A stretch of 58,354 bases of DNA, filler included, from Dugesia japonica (taxonomy: Eukaryota), in assembly GCA_001938525.1 (NCBI GenBank). It is 5 parts of 5 records of this genome, joined end to end, with 100 filler letters (N's around TTAATTAATTAA, not from the genome) between each part and the next. Parts side by side here need not be neighbours in the genome. Positions count along the whole stretch, not along the records: positions 21,393 to 35,003 come from MQRL01607073.1; positions 35,104 to 43,625 come from MQRL01603156.1; 3 more parts are not named here. One strand, 5' to 3'. Positions 26,301 through 37,629 of the stretch are shown one piece after another; within the stretch, counting starts at the first letter, position 1, and the number at the start of each line of letters is the position of its first letter. The position numbers and the translations under genes are program-made. The notes beneath the pieces are model-generated. The model had not been told where the DNA came from. It ran no database searches and saw only the letters and a program-made list of their open reading frames with translations.

Positions 26301-28945
26301 GGCATGGATAAAGCCTATGTTTACTATTGCATTGAGTTGTCTAAAACCAAAGCATATCAATATATCTTTGAACCTTTTTCCATACGCACATTAACGGTGT
26401 ATTTTATGAGGAGTTAGAATTTCGATTGATACCGTTATCATATAAACTCTTGATGGCATGTTCGATCATCTCCAGATTCATTGATTAGAGGAAAAGGTTT
26501 ATTATTAATTGGAACTCGCTTAGTGATTATTATATGTTTGGTAAGGTGTGTGTATTCAATGCCCCATTTATCAACCATGAAAATATCCTCGTTATTCTGA
26601 ATATTTTCCGTTAATATATATTCTTTGATGATTTTTAAAATCTCCATTGAATTTTTCAATTATTTTCCTTTCTGAATTTGTCTTCTATGTTGTAAATATT
26701 TTTCTCGTTGATTGTCAATATTCACACGCATTTCATTTGTAGATGATACCAAAAATATTTTGAAATGTTATTCCACAAATTAGATCCGGTGTTAGGTTTT
26801 TTACTATTATAAATATGACTTCTTTACACATTCCAGAAACTACAACTTCCAAACGGATCTTACCGATTGTATCCAGTGAGCTATTATCTAGATATTGTAA
26901 CTATCTTTTCCTCATTTAATCTATCCTTTTCAAAGAATCTATAAACATTTCCCCCCCCAATTTATTTATCTCGTCAAATTTCTCCGAATAATCAATCAGC
27001 ATATCTTTTAGTAAACGGCTCCGGTCAACTTTCGTACTGATGGAGCCCTGTCGTATTGGTATTCTCAACATGATCAATAAAAAATAATATAACAGCAATA
27101 AATTACTGTACTCTTACTGTAAGAAAAGATTAATGATATAGGCAAATATTTTGAGATTTCGACTTTGATATTTTGAAGTTAAGAATTAAATCAATTTAGA
27201 ATAATTAAAATTTTAAAATATTAAAAATGGTTTTATTTTAAAATATCTCAGAATAAGATTTTTAAATAAATAAAATAAGATTTTAAATTTCTTTGTTTTA
27301 AAATTCTTCACGGTAAAGTAGAATTTCAAATTGTTTAGCTCAGACATCGGCAACCCACGGCACGCCAGTGAGTTTAATCCGGCCTCCATATTTTATATTT
27401 TAGGCCTGTCAATTAGTGAATCATTAATCTCCGCTTGAAAACAACTGGGCTTTTCGTGTGGTAACAATGTAATTCTCAGATGGGATTTCCATATTCTACT
27501 GCTTTTATAAGAAAACTTCAACTATGGGAATCACAACTTCAGAAGCAAAACTATTCTCATTTTCAAAATTTCCAAAACAAAAAGATAGGTAGAATACCAG
27601 ACATCTGTGTAAACACTATTAAGAATTCGATACAAGATATTTCCTCCCGTTTTGATAATTTTTAGCAATATGAAGATTTATTTAAATTATTTGGTACTTC
27701 TTACAACACAGATTCAGAGTAAGTGGCAGAAAAATATCATTTGAAGTTCATTGACTTACAATGTAAAGAATTTTTGAAAGCAAAATTTCATTCCGAATTA
27801 TTTGTTGATTTTAGCATAAAATACGTATTGCCAAGCAGGAAATATAAAAACATCTCAAATAATGCAAAACGTATAGTATCATAATATTCAAGTACATATG
27901 CTTGTTAACAGCTTTTTTCAAAAACTGAAAAATTCTAATAGTTATTTATGATCAAAGTTACGTGATGAACACCTGGACTATGTTTTGCTCCTTGAATCAA
28001 CAAATATATCAACTTGCGCACAGAAGCTTTCACACAATAAGCAGAATCAAGTGCCATTAAATTATGCCTCACTATGCATCGATTTTCGATTTCTAACTAT
28101 TACATTTTTAGTCTTAGATCATAATTGCGTTTTTTTGTGTTAGTTACAGTTTGTAATTAAAATTGTCTTAAATTATATTTTTCTTTACAATTTTACATTA
28201 TATTTAATTTCATGGCCCACTACTAGACACTACCATATCTGATTGGCTCTCACTATCAAAAAGATTGCTAGGATTCTCAATTATTCAGTAATTGAGTATT
28301 AAATTCCTCCTTAACTAGAGCTCATCTCTATAATAATTTCTGTTCTAGCTACTCACCAACACAATACAGTAAATTTCCTAATTGACATATGAATAGACAA
28401 TACTGGGAACATAGAATAATTATTTGCACAAACCATAACTTTGAATTATGAAAATCGGAACTCGAATATCACAAAAATCGTTTTAATTTAGATGAATAAA
28501 CTTTCTACTAAAGAAAATAGACTGCTAATTTATACCAATAATTCAAGCTAGATACCACATACACGCATTAATTCTACATTAAACGTAAAATTTATCACTT
28601 TTAAATGATTCTCAAAACGCTCGTACTTCAAAATATATGCATTATTTATATATAATATTTTTCATTAACTTGCTTCAAATTTCTTATAAAATTGAAAGTA
28701 ACTTACATCTGAAGAGAACTGATCACGATTGACATCCACAGTGTCCTGTAAAACGTGTGGATCTAAGTAAATGACGTTTTTATCTTGAAAACCAATCATA
28801 TAAATGGCGTGATGTGGTTTACCACCAATAATACCTATACAACATTGATCACGTAACCACTTATTCAAAACACCGGTATAAAATGAAGAACTGTGGCTTT
28901 TTGACCCCAAAAATAATGGTAGAAAAATGATTACCGACTTTGATC
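23315..28945 (-). CDS. ATG4: ATG4 cysteine protease (peptidase C54), last two exons 28945-28707 and 23542-23315; 5' exons not identified
   Basis: CIGIIGGKPHHAIYMIGFQ...YLDPH (catalytic Asp/His) is joined via a GTAAGT donor (28706) and TTTAG acceptor (23543) in phase 0 to TFHCKRP...LDPNCAVGFYC. The catalytic Cys exon (GWGCM) was not found. Confidence 0.88.
24553..25481 (-). mobile_element. mariner (DD34D) element, internally deleted, both TIRs present
   Basis: TIR CAGTGTGACAATTAAGTTTTAA at 24555 and inverted ending at 25479, with TA flanks. Motifs GDETWCF, LLHYNAPSH and HPQYSSDLAPYDFSLF. Confidence 0.92.
25484..25745 (+). mobile_element. Penelope-like element RT thumb/linker fragment
   Basis: PWNSNTTIT*KIGIIKGE*IRAEKLSS...LKLIKSKFRNNAYPKKVI...IKLPFI matches the PLE pattern (W.S.HP...K..I......RA...CS.......L..NGYP...I ... 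LPY). Confidence 0.7.
25920..26890 (-). mobile_element. Ty3/Gypsy pol remnant, similar to 17480-19610
   Basis: HLTKHIIITKRVPINNKPF, IRTDPTKIE and VKKIRSFLRICNYYRIFIKDYS; internally deleted RT. Confidence 0.8.
27341..28270 (+). mobile_element. hAT element of SPIN/GTF2IRD2-EPM2AIP1 type, deletion derivative
   Basis: Starts CAGACATCGGCAACC (hAT terminus-like). Translation fragments AFIRKLQLWESQL, SSRFDNF, IDLQC, SSTYAC*QLFSK and SKLRDEHLD (dimerisation domain). Confidence 0.8.
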
Positions 28946-29129
28946 CTAAATAATTAAATGATTTCAAATTAATTATTTCGCTTAAAAAAATTAAATAAAA
29001 CTAAGGGAAGAAATCACAAATTTATTTGGATTTGCTAGCCTTAAAATTCAAAGAAAAAGCAACTTAATTTAAATTGCACTAGTTTGATTCTTTATATGTA
29101 TTTGATATTTATAAGAACGTCTGTAAAAT

Positions 29130-30640
29130 ATACATTATTTTCTAAGATTACATGACAAAATATATTCGACAAAATATACAACGATTAATTATATTAATCA
29201 ACTAATAACAATTTAGATAAATTGTAATACACAAAATGTCTTAATATTTTTTTAAAATATAAATTATGTTTGAACTGTTAATTTCAAGTAATTTTAAACT
29301 TAAATTCTTAAATCATAATTATTATATTTGCACAGTATTTTCGTAAAATCCCAATAAAGAAAAAGAAAATTATGTATAGGTAAATTTGTTTTTTAAAGAG
29401 GAGGCGTGGAAATACGAAGTGATTACATGCAATACTAGAGTTCACACGCAAAAATGATATTTTCATTTATGAACATAGTTGCACAATCTTGTTCCGGTTC
29501 ATGGTAAGGTTCCTGTAACAATAGCCAGAGCGGATATAAAGAAATTCGCAGATGATAATGAAAAGAACACTAGGCAAATTATTCAGTATATAGTGACACA
29601 CGTTTCAATTTAACATGCCCATCTTCTTACTCAGTTGTATACGTTCGAGCAGAGATGTGTATCATCATCGTAGAAATAATGGCATGAATGATCAAAAAAA
29701 TCAGGAAAACGAAAACACTATCAATAGTAATTTATTTTTGCGAATCCAAGAACCTGATTTTCTTGTATTTGCTGCACAAGAAGCCATGGATTTTCTGTTT
29801 ACAATCAAACATTAGTTTGATTCAGCTTCTCCTTGAGCTCAGATATAATGAATGTAATCAACTTCCAATTTCAATCATCACTGATTTTGAAATGGTATCA
29901 ATCAAGATATGAAAGGTGTATTTCCAGATATTGCATTATCTGGTTGTATGATCATTTTGTGATAAAGCGTGTGAAGAAAATTGCAGACAGCAGGTAAAAC
30001 AGCTTTGTATAAAACGGATGAAGATTACGTGACGAAAGTGAGGTAGATGATGACATTGGCATTCATTCCTGAAAAATATGTTATTGATATGTTTGAAAAA
30101 TTAACAATATTGCCTCTTTCAAAGCTTATTTAGATAATGTGGATTTCCTGTTGATATTATTTGAAGACAATTATATCGGTCGTTTGCGATGTGAACGCAA
30201 ACGGCAACCTCGATTTCCAATTAGCCTATGAAATATATAAGAACGTATAGTCAGTGACTTGCTAAGAACTAATAAAGCTAGAGAAGGATAGCACAATGCT
30301 TTCAACTCCATGGTCAACATTTCACATCCAACTGTGAGAAGACTGGCTCAAAAATTGCAACATACCTCAGCAAATAGATAATGACATTAAAACCATGGTT
30401 TCTGGTAATTGTTCAGAATATCCACTGACATTTGTGAAGAATATTACTCGGGTTTTGAATGTTAATGTGATATAGTTAAGTTTTTATAATTATATTTTTA
30501 TCATAAATCTAGTAGACAAGTTATGAATAATTTTTTTAGTTAATAATTCAATAATAATAATAAATTTGTGCAAAAAAAAAGTTTTCTAATATTTTATCAG
30601 TATATTTTGTCATATATTTTGTCTCAATATATTTTATAAT
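29130..30640 (+). mobile_element. Mutator (MULE) transposase remnant
   Basis: PISIITDFE, LAFIP, FEDNYIGR, PRFP and RTNKAREG*HNAFNSMVNISHPT. Imperfect inverted GACAAAATATA repeats near 29155-29180 and 30600-30625. Confidence 0.82.
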
Positions 30641-30699
30641 AAACAATTATCATTAAGTTAAAGGCTTCAATTAAAATATATTCATTTAAAGTCAAATTC

Positions 30700-31090
30700 C
30701 TTTAAAGTCAATTCCTGACGAAGACAAAATCGAAATATAGAATTATTATCAAAAATCACAAAACAAATGTTGATCGAAGCTTTTATTTTAATGAATTCTG
30801 AAAAACGATCAACGGTTACGCCCAACAATTATTCTCGCAATAATTGCAATTGCAAAACAATTCGATTAAAATGTTGTTTTTTTATTTATTACTTTCTAGC
30901 TATTAGTATTTCAAATTTTCGACTCTTGTCTTCTTCAAAATTAACCTAATCATCCTGAAGAAGACAGAAGTCTGAAATTTGAAATAATATATTAATATAA
31001 AAAAACAACATTTTGATCGAAGCTATTAATTAAGTGAAATCTCAAATGCGATCAATGGTTAATTCCAACAATTATTCTTACAATGATAGC
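30700..31090. repeat. Direct-inverted-direct cluster of a dispersed repeat (pLTR-like); further copies near 11220-11295, 44290-44385 and 56740-56777
   Basis: Shared core TTTTGATCGAAG...AATGAAATCTCAAATG.GATCAAT...CCAACAATTATTCT. Foldback spanning 30868-31013. Confidence 0.8.
30710..30744 (+). ncRNA. Minimal type-I hammerhead ribozyme motif (Penelope pLTR/retrozyme type)
   Basis: AATTC CTGACGA A GACAAAATC GAAA TA TA GAATT: stem I AATTC/GAATT, core CUGANGA and GAAA, palindromic stem III ATAT, predicted AUA cleavage triplet. Confidence 0.65.
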
Positions 31091-31669
31091 AATTTATAAC
31101 CAATTTTATCAAAAATATTTGGTCCTAATAAATTTTTCCTCAGAACATTTTATCCCACCATCTTTTCTAATATAAGATTTGTTTGCTTCATGAATCAATC
31201 GTTTTTTACATTCTTTATTTCACATTTTTAAATCTGATTCAATAAAAAATAACTTTTATAAAAGATCTTCAAACCTATACAATAAACGAGAAGCAATTAT
31301 TTAAAGGAATTTATCAATAATATAGTTATGCAGAAATTAAAATAAATCAAATTTAATATGGCAGAATTTTATAAATGATATAGAAAAAGATGCAGTGTAT
31401 AGGAATAAGAATGAAGAATTCTTTAGAAATGTATAACTAAGTGATTGGAAGAAAATCAATTGCAATTTGACCTACAAAAATTATAGCAGTCAATTTGGAC
31501 GCCTAGACCATCTTCATTGCTTTTTATTTGAATAAAAAGATTTTACTTTGTTTTATGTGAAAAGATTTTCAGGTCTACAAGCTTGACTTTGCCGTTTTTG
31601 CCTCTGTTTTAAAAAGTCTATATAAAAAAAGACAAAGCAGTTTTTCTAAAAATTTTTATTGGGAATAAT

Positions 31670-32200
31670 TTTCATCATTTTTAAAAACATCCTCCCAAAG
31701 TCAGAGGAAATTTATGAATACCGTCAAAAAAATTTTTTTCTTTGATTTGGTGCCAATTCACTCGTTCAGGCATATTTTGACATCTTTATAATTTTTGAAA
31801 CTGTTCTCTGACAGATGATGTGCCATTGAAAGGAACAAATAGTAATCTGATGGAGCAATATCTGGAGATTATGGCGGGTAAGGTAACACATCCAATTTCA
31901 GCTGTTTTATCGTCTCAGCAACGTGTTTTGCGACATGAGGCCAAGCGTTGTCATTGTGCAATATTACTTTGCCCTGTCTGTCAGCCCATTCTGGTCGTTT
32001 GGAAGTGATTTCTTCATTTAATCACATAAGCTGTTGTTCATAACGGATAGCATTAACTGTTTCACCAGGTTTCAGTAGCACATGGGCATCATATTCCTCC
32101 AACAATACTTGCAATTCATTGTCTTCAAATTTTTTCCGTTGGTGTTCATGGTGCTTATCGTTCAGATAAAAGTTACCGGACAATGTAATTTGTCTATAGT
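31670..32200 (-). mobile_element. mariner transposase remnant (second family), internally deleted
   Basis: KKFEDNELQVLLEE joined to LLKPGETVNAIRYEQQL, HNDNAWPHVA and LPYPP*SPDIAPSDYYLF. Confidence 0.88.
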
Positions 32201-34289
32201 GCGGTTTCTAAATAACATTCCTTAACTTTTTCAAAGATATTTGAAATTGTATTTGAATTCAACGAAAAAAATTATCAATAAAGCGTTATAAAAAGAAAAT
32301 AAATAGAAAATCTAACTGAATATAAATATAAACAATTGATAAATAGCTACAATTTGACAAATTAATAATATTGCTTGAAGATTAAATAAATGGTGTAAAT
32401 AACTGTCCACTTAGTGATGACATTATATTATCTAATGAAATAATAATTGATGTAAAATAAGAGGTTTGGAATGTATAAAGCGATTAAAAAAAATTATTTC
32501 CGCTATATGGATAATATATGACAAAGTAAATGTTATTGTTACACATACACGCATATAATTGGAATTTAAGACTAAATAGAACTTTTCTAAATTTAAATGT
32601 ACCGAATGGCCAAAAAGATAAGAAATGAAAAATCTAAAGCCAATAAGACAATACGTAGAAGCATTTCAAATAATTTAAATTCAAACTAACTTTTTGTAGA
32701 TACCACTTCATCACCCGTTTGTTTAATTTTCATCAAATCGAATATTTCCTAAAACATTAAAAATCAATTCATGTTTCTCACATTTAGAAATCAAAATTGT
32801 TTTAAATTAATTTATCTAGCTTTTTTTTATTCTGTTCAATGAACAAAGTTAGACTAGTTGAAGAGCTGTATTTGTCAATATGAATGGAGTTTTGTAAAGA
32901 ATGGGTTGGATGGGATTAGTAAATATGTGGATTAATAAAACATAAAAGAGCCAACAGATACATTTTAACAAAAGTTGTTTAAATTTAATTTACATAAAAA
33001 ATTAATTAATTATAAAGAGCACTTTGTTAATACGAAGATTGTTTCTAAGTTAAATATAAAACCACAGATATTGAAAGTGTCCATAAAAAGGCAGGACATA
33101 GTTTCATTCCTAAAGTTATTAGATAAAATCGATACCATTAATTCAATAACCATCATATGAAGCAACAAGAAAAAGTAATTTTGAAAGCAAAAACAAAATT
33201 GTACAGAAAACATTCTTATTAGGTAATATAAGTGCTATCTCAATTTTTTTAAATAGGAAGTAGAGTAATATTTCCAAAATTTCCGCTTTGACTTAATTTT
33301 GGATTAAGAAATTTAATGATCACTATAATCATAATATATATAATAAGATCAAGTAACTGGAGATTTGACATCCTTTATATATATCGTTTCTCAAAGTGAG
33401 TCGTACATGAGAAAATTTTCAATCAATATGAAAAACATGTTATTTCGAAATAAGGTAAAATGTCAAGATATGGCTGATATTTTTCAAATGCAATTTAACC
33501 ACGTGTGATTATGATGTACTTATTTTTTAAAATAAAACTGCAGCATTTTAAGTCGCGTGTACTTTGACAATGAGACCTTTGTTAATGAAGAAAGTATTAT
33601 TCTACATTAAATTTATCTGAAAGTTTCAATAGAATTTAAAATAAATAGATATTAATAAAGCATTTAAGTTGTTTTTAATCCAATAACTACAGTATTTGGT
33701 TATTATATTTCAAAGCAATGGCTAAAGTAATTTTTTTTTACAATATCCCATTCAAAAAGATGTAAGCTGTAAAACGGCAAATAAATTAAGGTAAAAAATT
33801 TAACTTAAATTATTAAAAATTTATTTAGCATTAATTTTATTTAAATACTAGCAATAAGAGATCAAAAATGAACTTTTTAAACAAATTCGAATAATTTGTA
33901 AAAATTGAGAAATAATATTATCATATCTAAAGATTTAATGTAATCAGATTTATTTATTTAAAAGCTATATGATGACTAAGGTGATTTAAAAGTAGCAATT
34001 ATAAANNNNAAAAGTAGCAATTATAAAATTAATGAGTATCTATCTATCAAGTTAATCTAACTGTTAAAACACAAAAAAATTTAGCTGAACTAACTAAAAT
34101 ACCAATCGAACAAAACATAAAATATAATTTATATCTAAATTTTCTTTATTTTTAATATATTGACACTCTTCACAAAGTTTTCATAATGCTACTAAAGTAG
34201 CATTTATAATAAAAAAGTAGCAATAAATCGAATTAATGATAACAAATAAATGTGCATCACCTAAAATTTTGCCTTAATAAATTGCGTTG

Positions 34290-35003
34290 CTAATTGACAT
34301 AAAAAGATTTTCATGAACTACGTATAGTTGATCATGAGCAAAAACCATGACTGTTCTTGTGTTTTATTGATAGTCATATCAAAGGTTAATATAACCGGAA
34401 ATTGAAGACGTTTGATTTTGATTACTTGGCTCCAAATTAATTCGAGGAAAGCAAACCTCCTCACTTTTATTACTACTTGCTATAATTTCTCCTATGACAG
34501 TTTCGATGCTAGGTCTTAGCAAGTAATATTGTGCCAATCCTTTCTTCGGGTTAAAATTTCTTAACATGATGAACACACTAAATTTCAATCCGAATATATA
34601 GGTGACATTCCAAATGAACATAGAGCATGAAGAAAATCAATAAGAAATCAATTAATTTATTGAGATCATCGTATACTATTGAATCAAGGCTTATTTGATC
34701 AGCTGTTTCATCTGGTATAAGTTACAACATCTTATAGTTTAACTCCTTAATATCGATTTTTTTTGGTGTTAGGATGACTTTTTTGACAATTTCGGTTATT
34801 CTATCCTCTGTTGTATTTATTTTTTTGTCAAAAATAGAACATGTTTTATCTTCATTTCCACCATCTTTTCCGGTAACTCAATAAAGAATGAACTAAACCT
34901 TATTGAATCATTCCTTGAAAGACAAAAAAACTTTCATCCACATTTTGAAAATGACACTAATTCTTCTCTTTTATAGACGCGAAATTAATGCGATTGACAA
35001 GTA
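34290..35003 (-). mobile_element. Helitron PIF1-like helicase C-terminal remnant
   Basis: ILTPKKIDIKELN, LKFSVFIMLRNFNPKKGL, VCFPRINL and VFAHDQLYVV correspond to Helitron helicase motifs IV-VI. Confidence 0.75.
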
Positions 35004-35103
35004 NNNNNNNNNNNNNNNNNNNNNNNNNNNNNNNNNNNNNNNNNNNNTTAATTAATTAANNNNNNNNNNNNNNNNNNNNNNNNNNNNNNNNNNNNNNNNN
35101 NNN
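35004..35103. other. Artificial scaffold-joining linker
   Basis: 44N-TTAATTAATTAA-44N. Confidence 0.95.
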
Positions 35104-35612
35104 GATGAGATACATCTAACTTAAGTATCTGATGACACCTATACAAATCTGTTTCAATATTAGGTTCATCTAATGATACACCAACTTGGTTTAAAAACTC
35201 TTCCTCTTCTTTAAGGTATTTTTCAAAAATGTTGTCGTCTTCATTGATTCCATCATAATTTTAACCGTTTTCATCCAAAATATTCTTAAAAACTATATCT
35301 TCTTCTTCATTCATTTCTACTAAAGTCTTATTTTCAAAGTTTTTCTCAGTATTAACTATTGATTCATCAATTCCTATTGGTTCATCAATTGCCAATGGTT
35401 CTTGTCTTACTCTCTTAGTTAATGGAGCGCCAATATCAATCTCTTAAAGTAAGTCCCTTAATAATACTCGTTTTTTAATAATGCCGAATTGCTTAATGTG
35501 GTCTACATGCTCCTTATAAAAACTTCCATATTTACCTAGACTTAATATTTTTCATGTTGGACACATGTAGTACTTTTTCCCAGAGAATTTCATACCATAA
35601 TCGTTTTCCATA
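35104..35612 (-). pseudogene. Disrupted acidic protein gene, probably Polinton-borne; runs off the scaffold end
   Basis: MENDYGMKFSGKKYYMCPT*K...EHVDH, then after a frameshift EIDIGAPLTKRVRQEPLAIDEP...EMNEEEDIV...LKEEEEF. Confidence 0.4.
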
Positions 35613-36329
35613 CTCTCATGAAATTCTTCTTTGTGAACAAAACTCACGCAATAATGTTTATATTGTGTGCATTTGCTAAAGAAAATAGCATATTTATATA
35701 AGATAGAACATAAATGAAAACTATTAAAATGTGATATATTACTAATGAAAATTATAAAAAATATTATTATTAAAAATGTGATAATTATTATCAAAATGAA
35801 ATAAAATATAAAAATTATTATTGTTATGTATATTATTATTATGATTATCAAGGGTTAGAAAAAATGATAGTAAAGATCAGAAAATGATGTAAAAGAAAAG
35901 AAAAGGTTAGAAAATGTAATTATCTAATTGAATTTTAATTACATAATTAGATAATTTCTACCTACATAAAGAATTACTAATTGCCATTTATCATCAATTT
36001 TGAAATGATCAGTTATTTTCTTATTACATACACTTCATTTGATTTATTTTAGAATAATCAAACAGATATTTATTCTCAAATACAAAAATCAATCGATAAA
36101 GTTTTGAATGATGTCAAACATAAGAGACAAGAATAAATTGAATCCAATCCAAAAGAAATAGTGGAAGACTTACTAAAAGATAACAAAAAGCTGAGGAATG
36201 ATTTGCAAAAAGTAATCGAAATATCTGTCAAGAGGCTGACCATGATAAGAGAATTAGAAATAAATCAATTTTATATTTAATAAAAGTTTTAATAATATTT
36301 TCGGATTGATTTGACTCTTTTTTATAGCG

Positions 36330-36460
36330 GTTATTATTATTATTAGTAAAATAGTAATTATTATTATTATCAAAATAGCAATTATTTATTATTATCAAAA
36401 TATTATTATTATTATCAAAATATTATTATTATTATCAAAATATTATTATTATTATCATTA
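36330..36460. repeat. 20-bp AT-rich minisatellite (ATTATCAAAATATTATTATT)
   Basis: Exact tandem copies at 36391-36450 with degenerate flanking copies. Confidence 0.8.
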
Positions 36461-36609
36461 TGAAAATACAAATAATTATTATGATAATATATTATCAAAA
36501 ATGTTAAATAAAAACAAATTCTAAGAAAGTTTAAAATAAAATGAATAATTAAAATCTTAAAATAAAATGGAAATTTATTATTATTATGCATTATAAAATA
36601 AATAAAAAA

Positions 36610-36864
36610 CTAACGTTTATCATTTAATCCGACCATTTTCAAAGAGAAATGCATAGAAACAGGTATAGGTTTAACAGCAGCGACCGACATACGATTCACA
36701 GTCATATGAGCATTAGGCATAGTGGTTCTTGTCACATTAGATAAATTCATATTCTACAAATAATAATTCTAAAATTTATAAATAAAATACAATAATTTTA
36801 CTTCATTATTCTTCATCATGTTCATAATAGGTTTAATAGTTGAATTGTTAGTATTACTGTTCAT
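36610..36864 (-). CDS. Spliced 68-aa Met/Asn-rich protein of unknown function; coding exons 36864-36802 and 36753-36610
   Basis: A 48-nt phase-0 intron (36801-36754, GTAAAA..TTTGTAG) and a second 48-nt intron (36913-36866, GTAAG..TTTTAG) immediately before the ATG. Open frame to TAG; AATAAA about 30 nt downstream. Confidence 0.55.
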
Positions 36865-37204
36865 TCTAAAATAGAAAATTATGATATCTTAAAATAAATA
36901 AAAAAAATCTTACGTAAACTATCTCTTCGTTTATTTTTTAAATTGAAAAAGTGTAATCATTTTAAAAGTAATTACTTTTTATTCAAATGTGTGTAAATTA
37001 GTCAGCGTACATACTATTACATAATTATTTACGAATCACTATGTATGTGTATGAATTCAAAATATACAACAACGTAATATTTTTTTAACTAATTTTTATT
37101 TAAAATACCGCAAAGTAATAAGTTAGCTTTACATTAATTGTATTGTTTTTACATTACCAGTAAATAACAACAAATCAATTGAAAACACAATTTTTGACTA
37201 AAAT

Positions 37205-37555
37205 CATTTATTACATACAACAATGTTGATATTTCAACTATAATATGCAATGCAGTCTACAGGTCGTTGTAAATGGATATTGACATTAGATTCTATTGAA
37301 TACAATAGGCTTTAATAATCTTGATTGCTGAGAGATCAATATTGGTGGATAATAAAATCCAAATGGATCGAATACCAGTATATTTTCTGGCTTATTGTAC
37401 ACTGCTAACCAATGTTGTCCACCAAGATTTGATGATTGGGTGCTGACGATTTTGACTTTATTAACTGGCATAATTGGAAGCTTGTCTAATGGATACACAC
37501 CGAGAAAATCTAATCAAAGCTATTTTGTAGCAATTTGATTTATTTGAAATGAACT
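37205..37555 (-). pseudogene. Adenain-like cysteine protease (Polinton PRO), copy 1
   Basis: SFQINQIA..DFLGVYPLDKLP, STQSSNLGGQHWLAVY (His), VFDPFG (Asp), and after a frameshift QYPFTTTCRLHCI (Gln/Cys). Confidence 0.88.
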
Positions 37556-37629
37556 ATTAAAAATAAAATCAAAGTAATAATCAAAACTTACTTTATTTTG
37601 GTTAACTATTTTCATGATATTGAGATTGT

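Noticed and set aside
32691-32748. Possible small upstream ATG4 exon (EIFDLMKIKQTGDEVVSTK) with AG/GT ends
   Set aside because: Phase would fit, but there is no ATG4 motif to support it; left unassigned.
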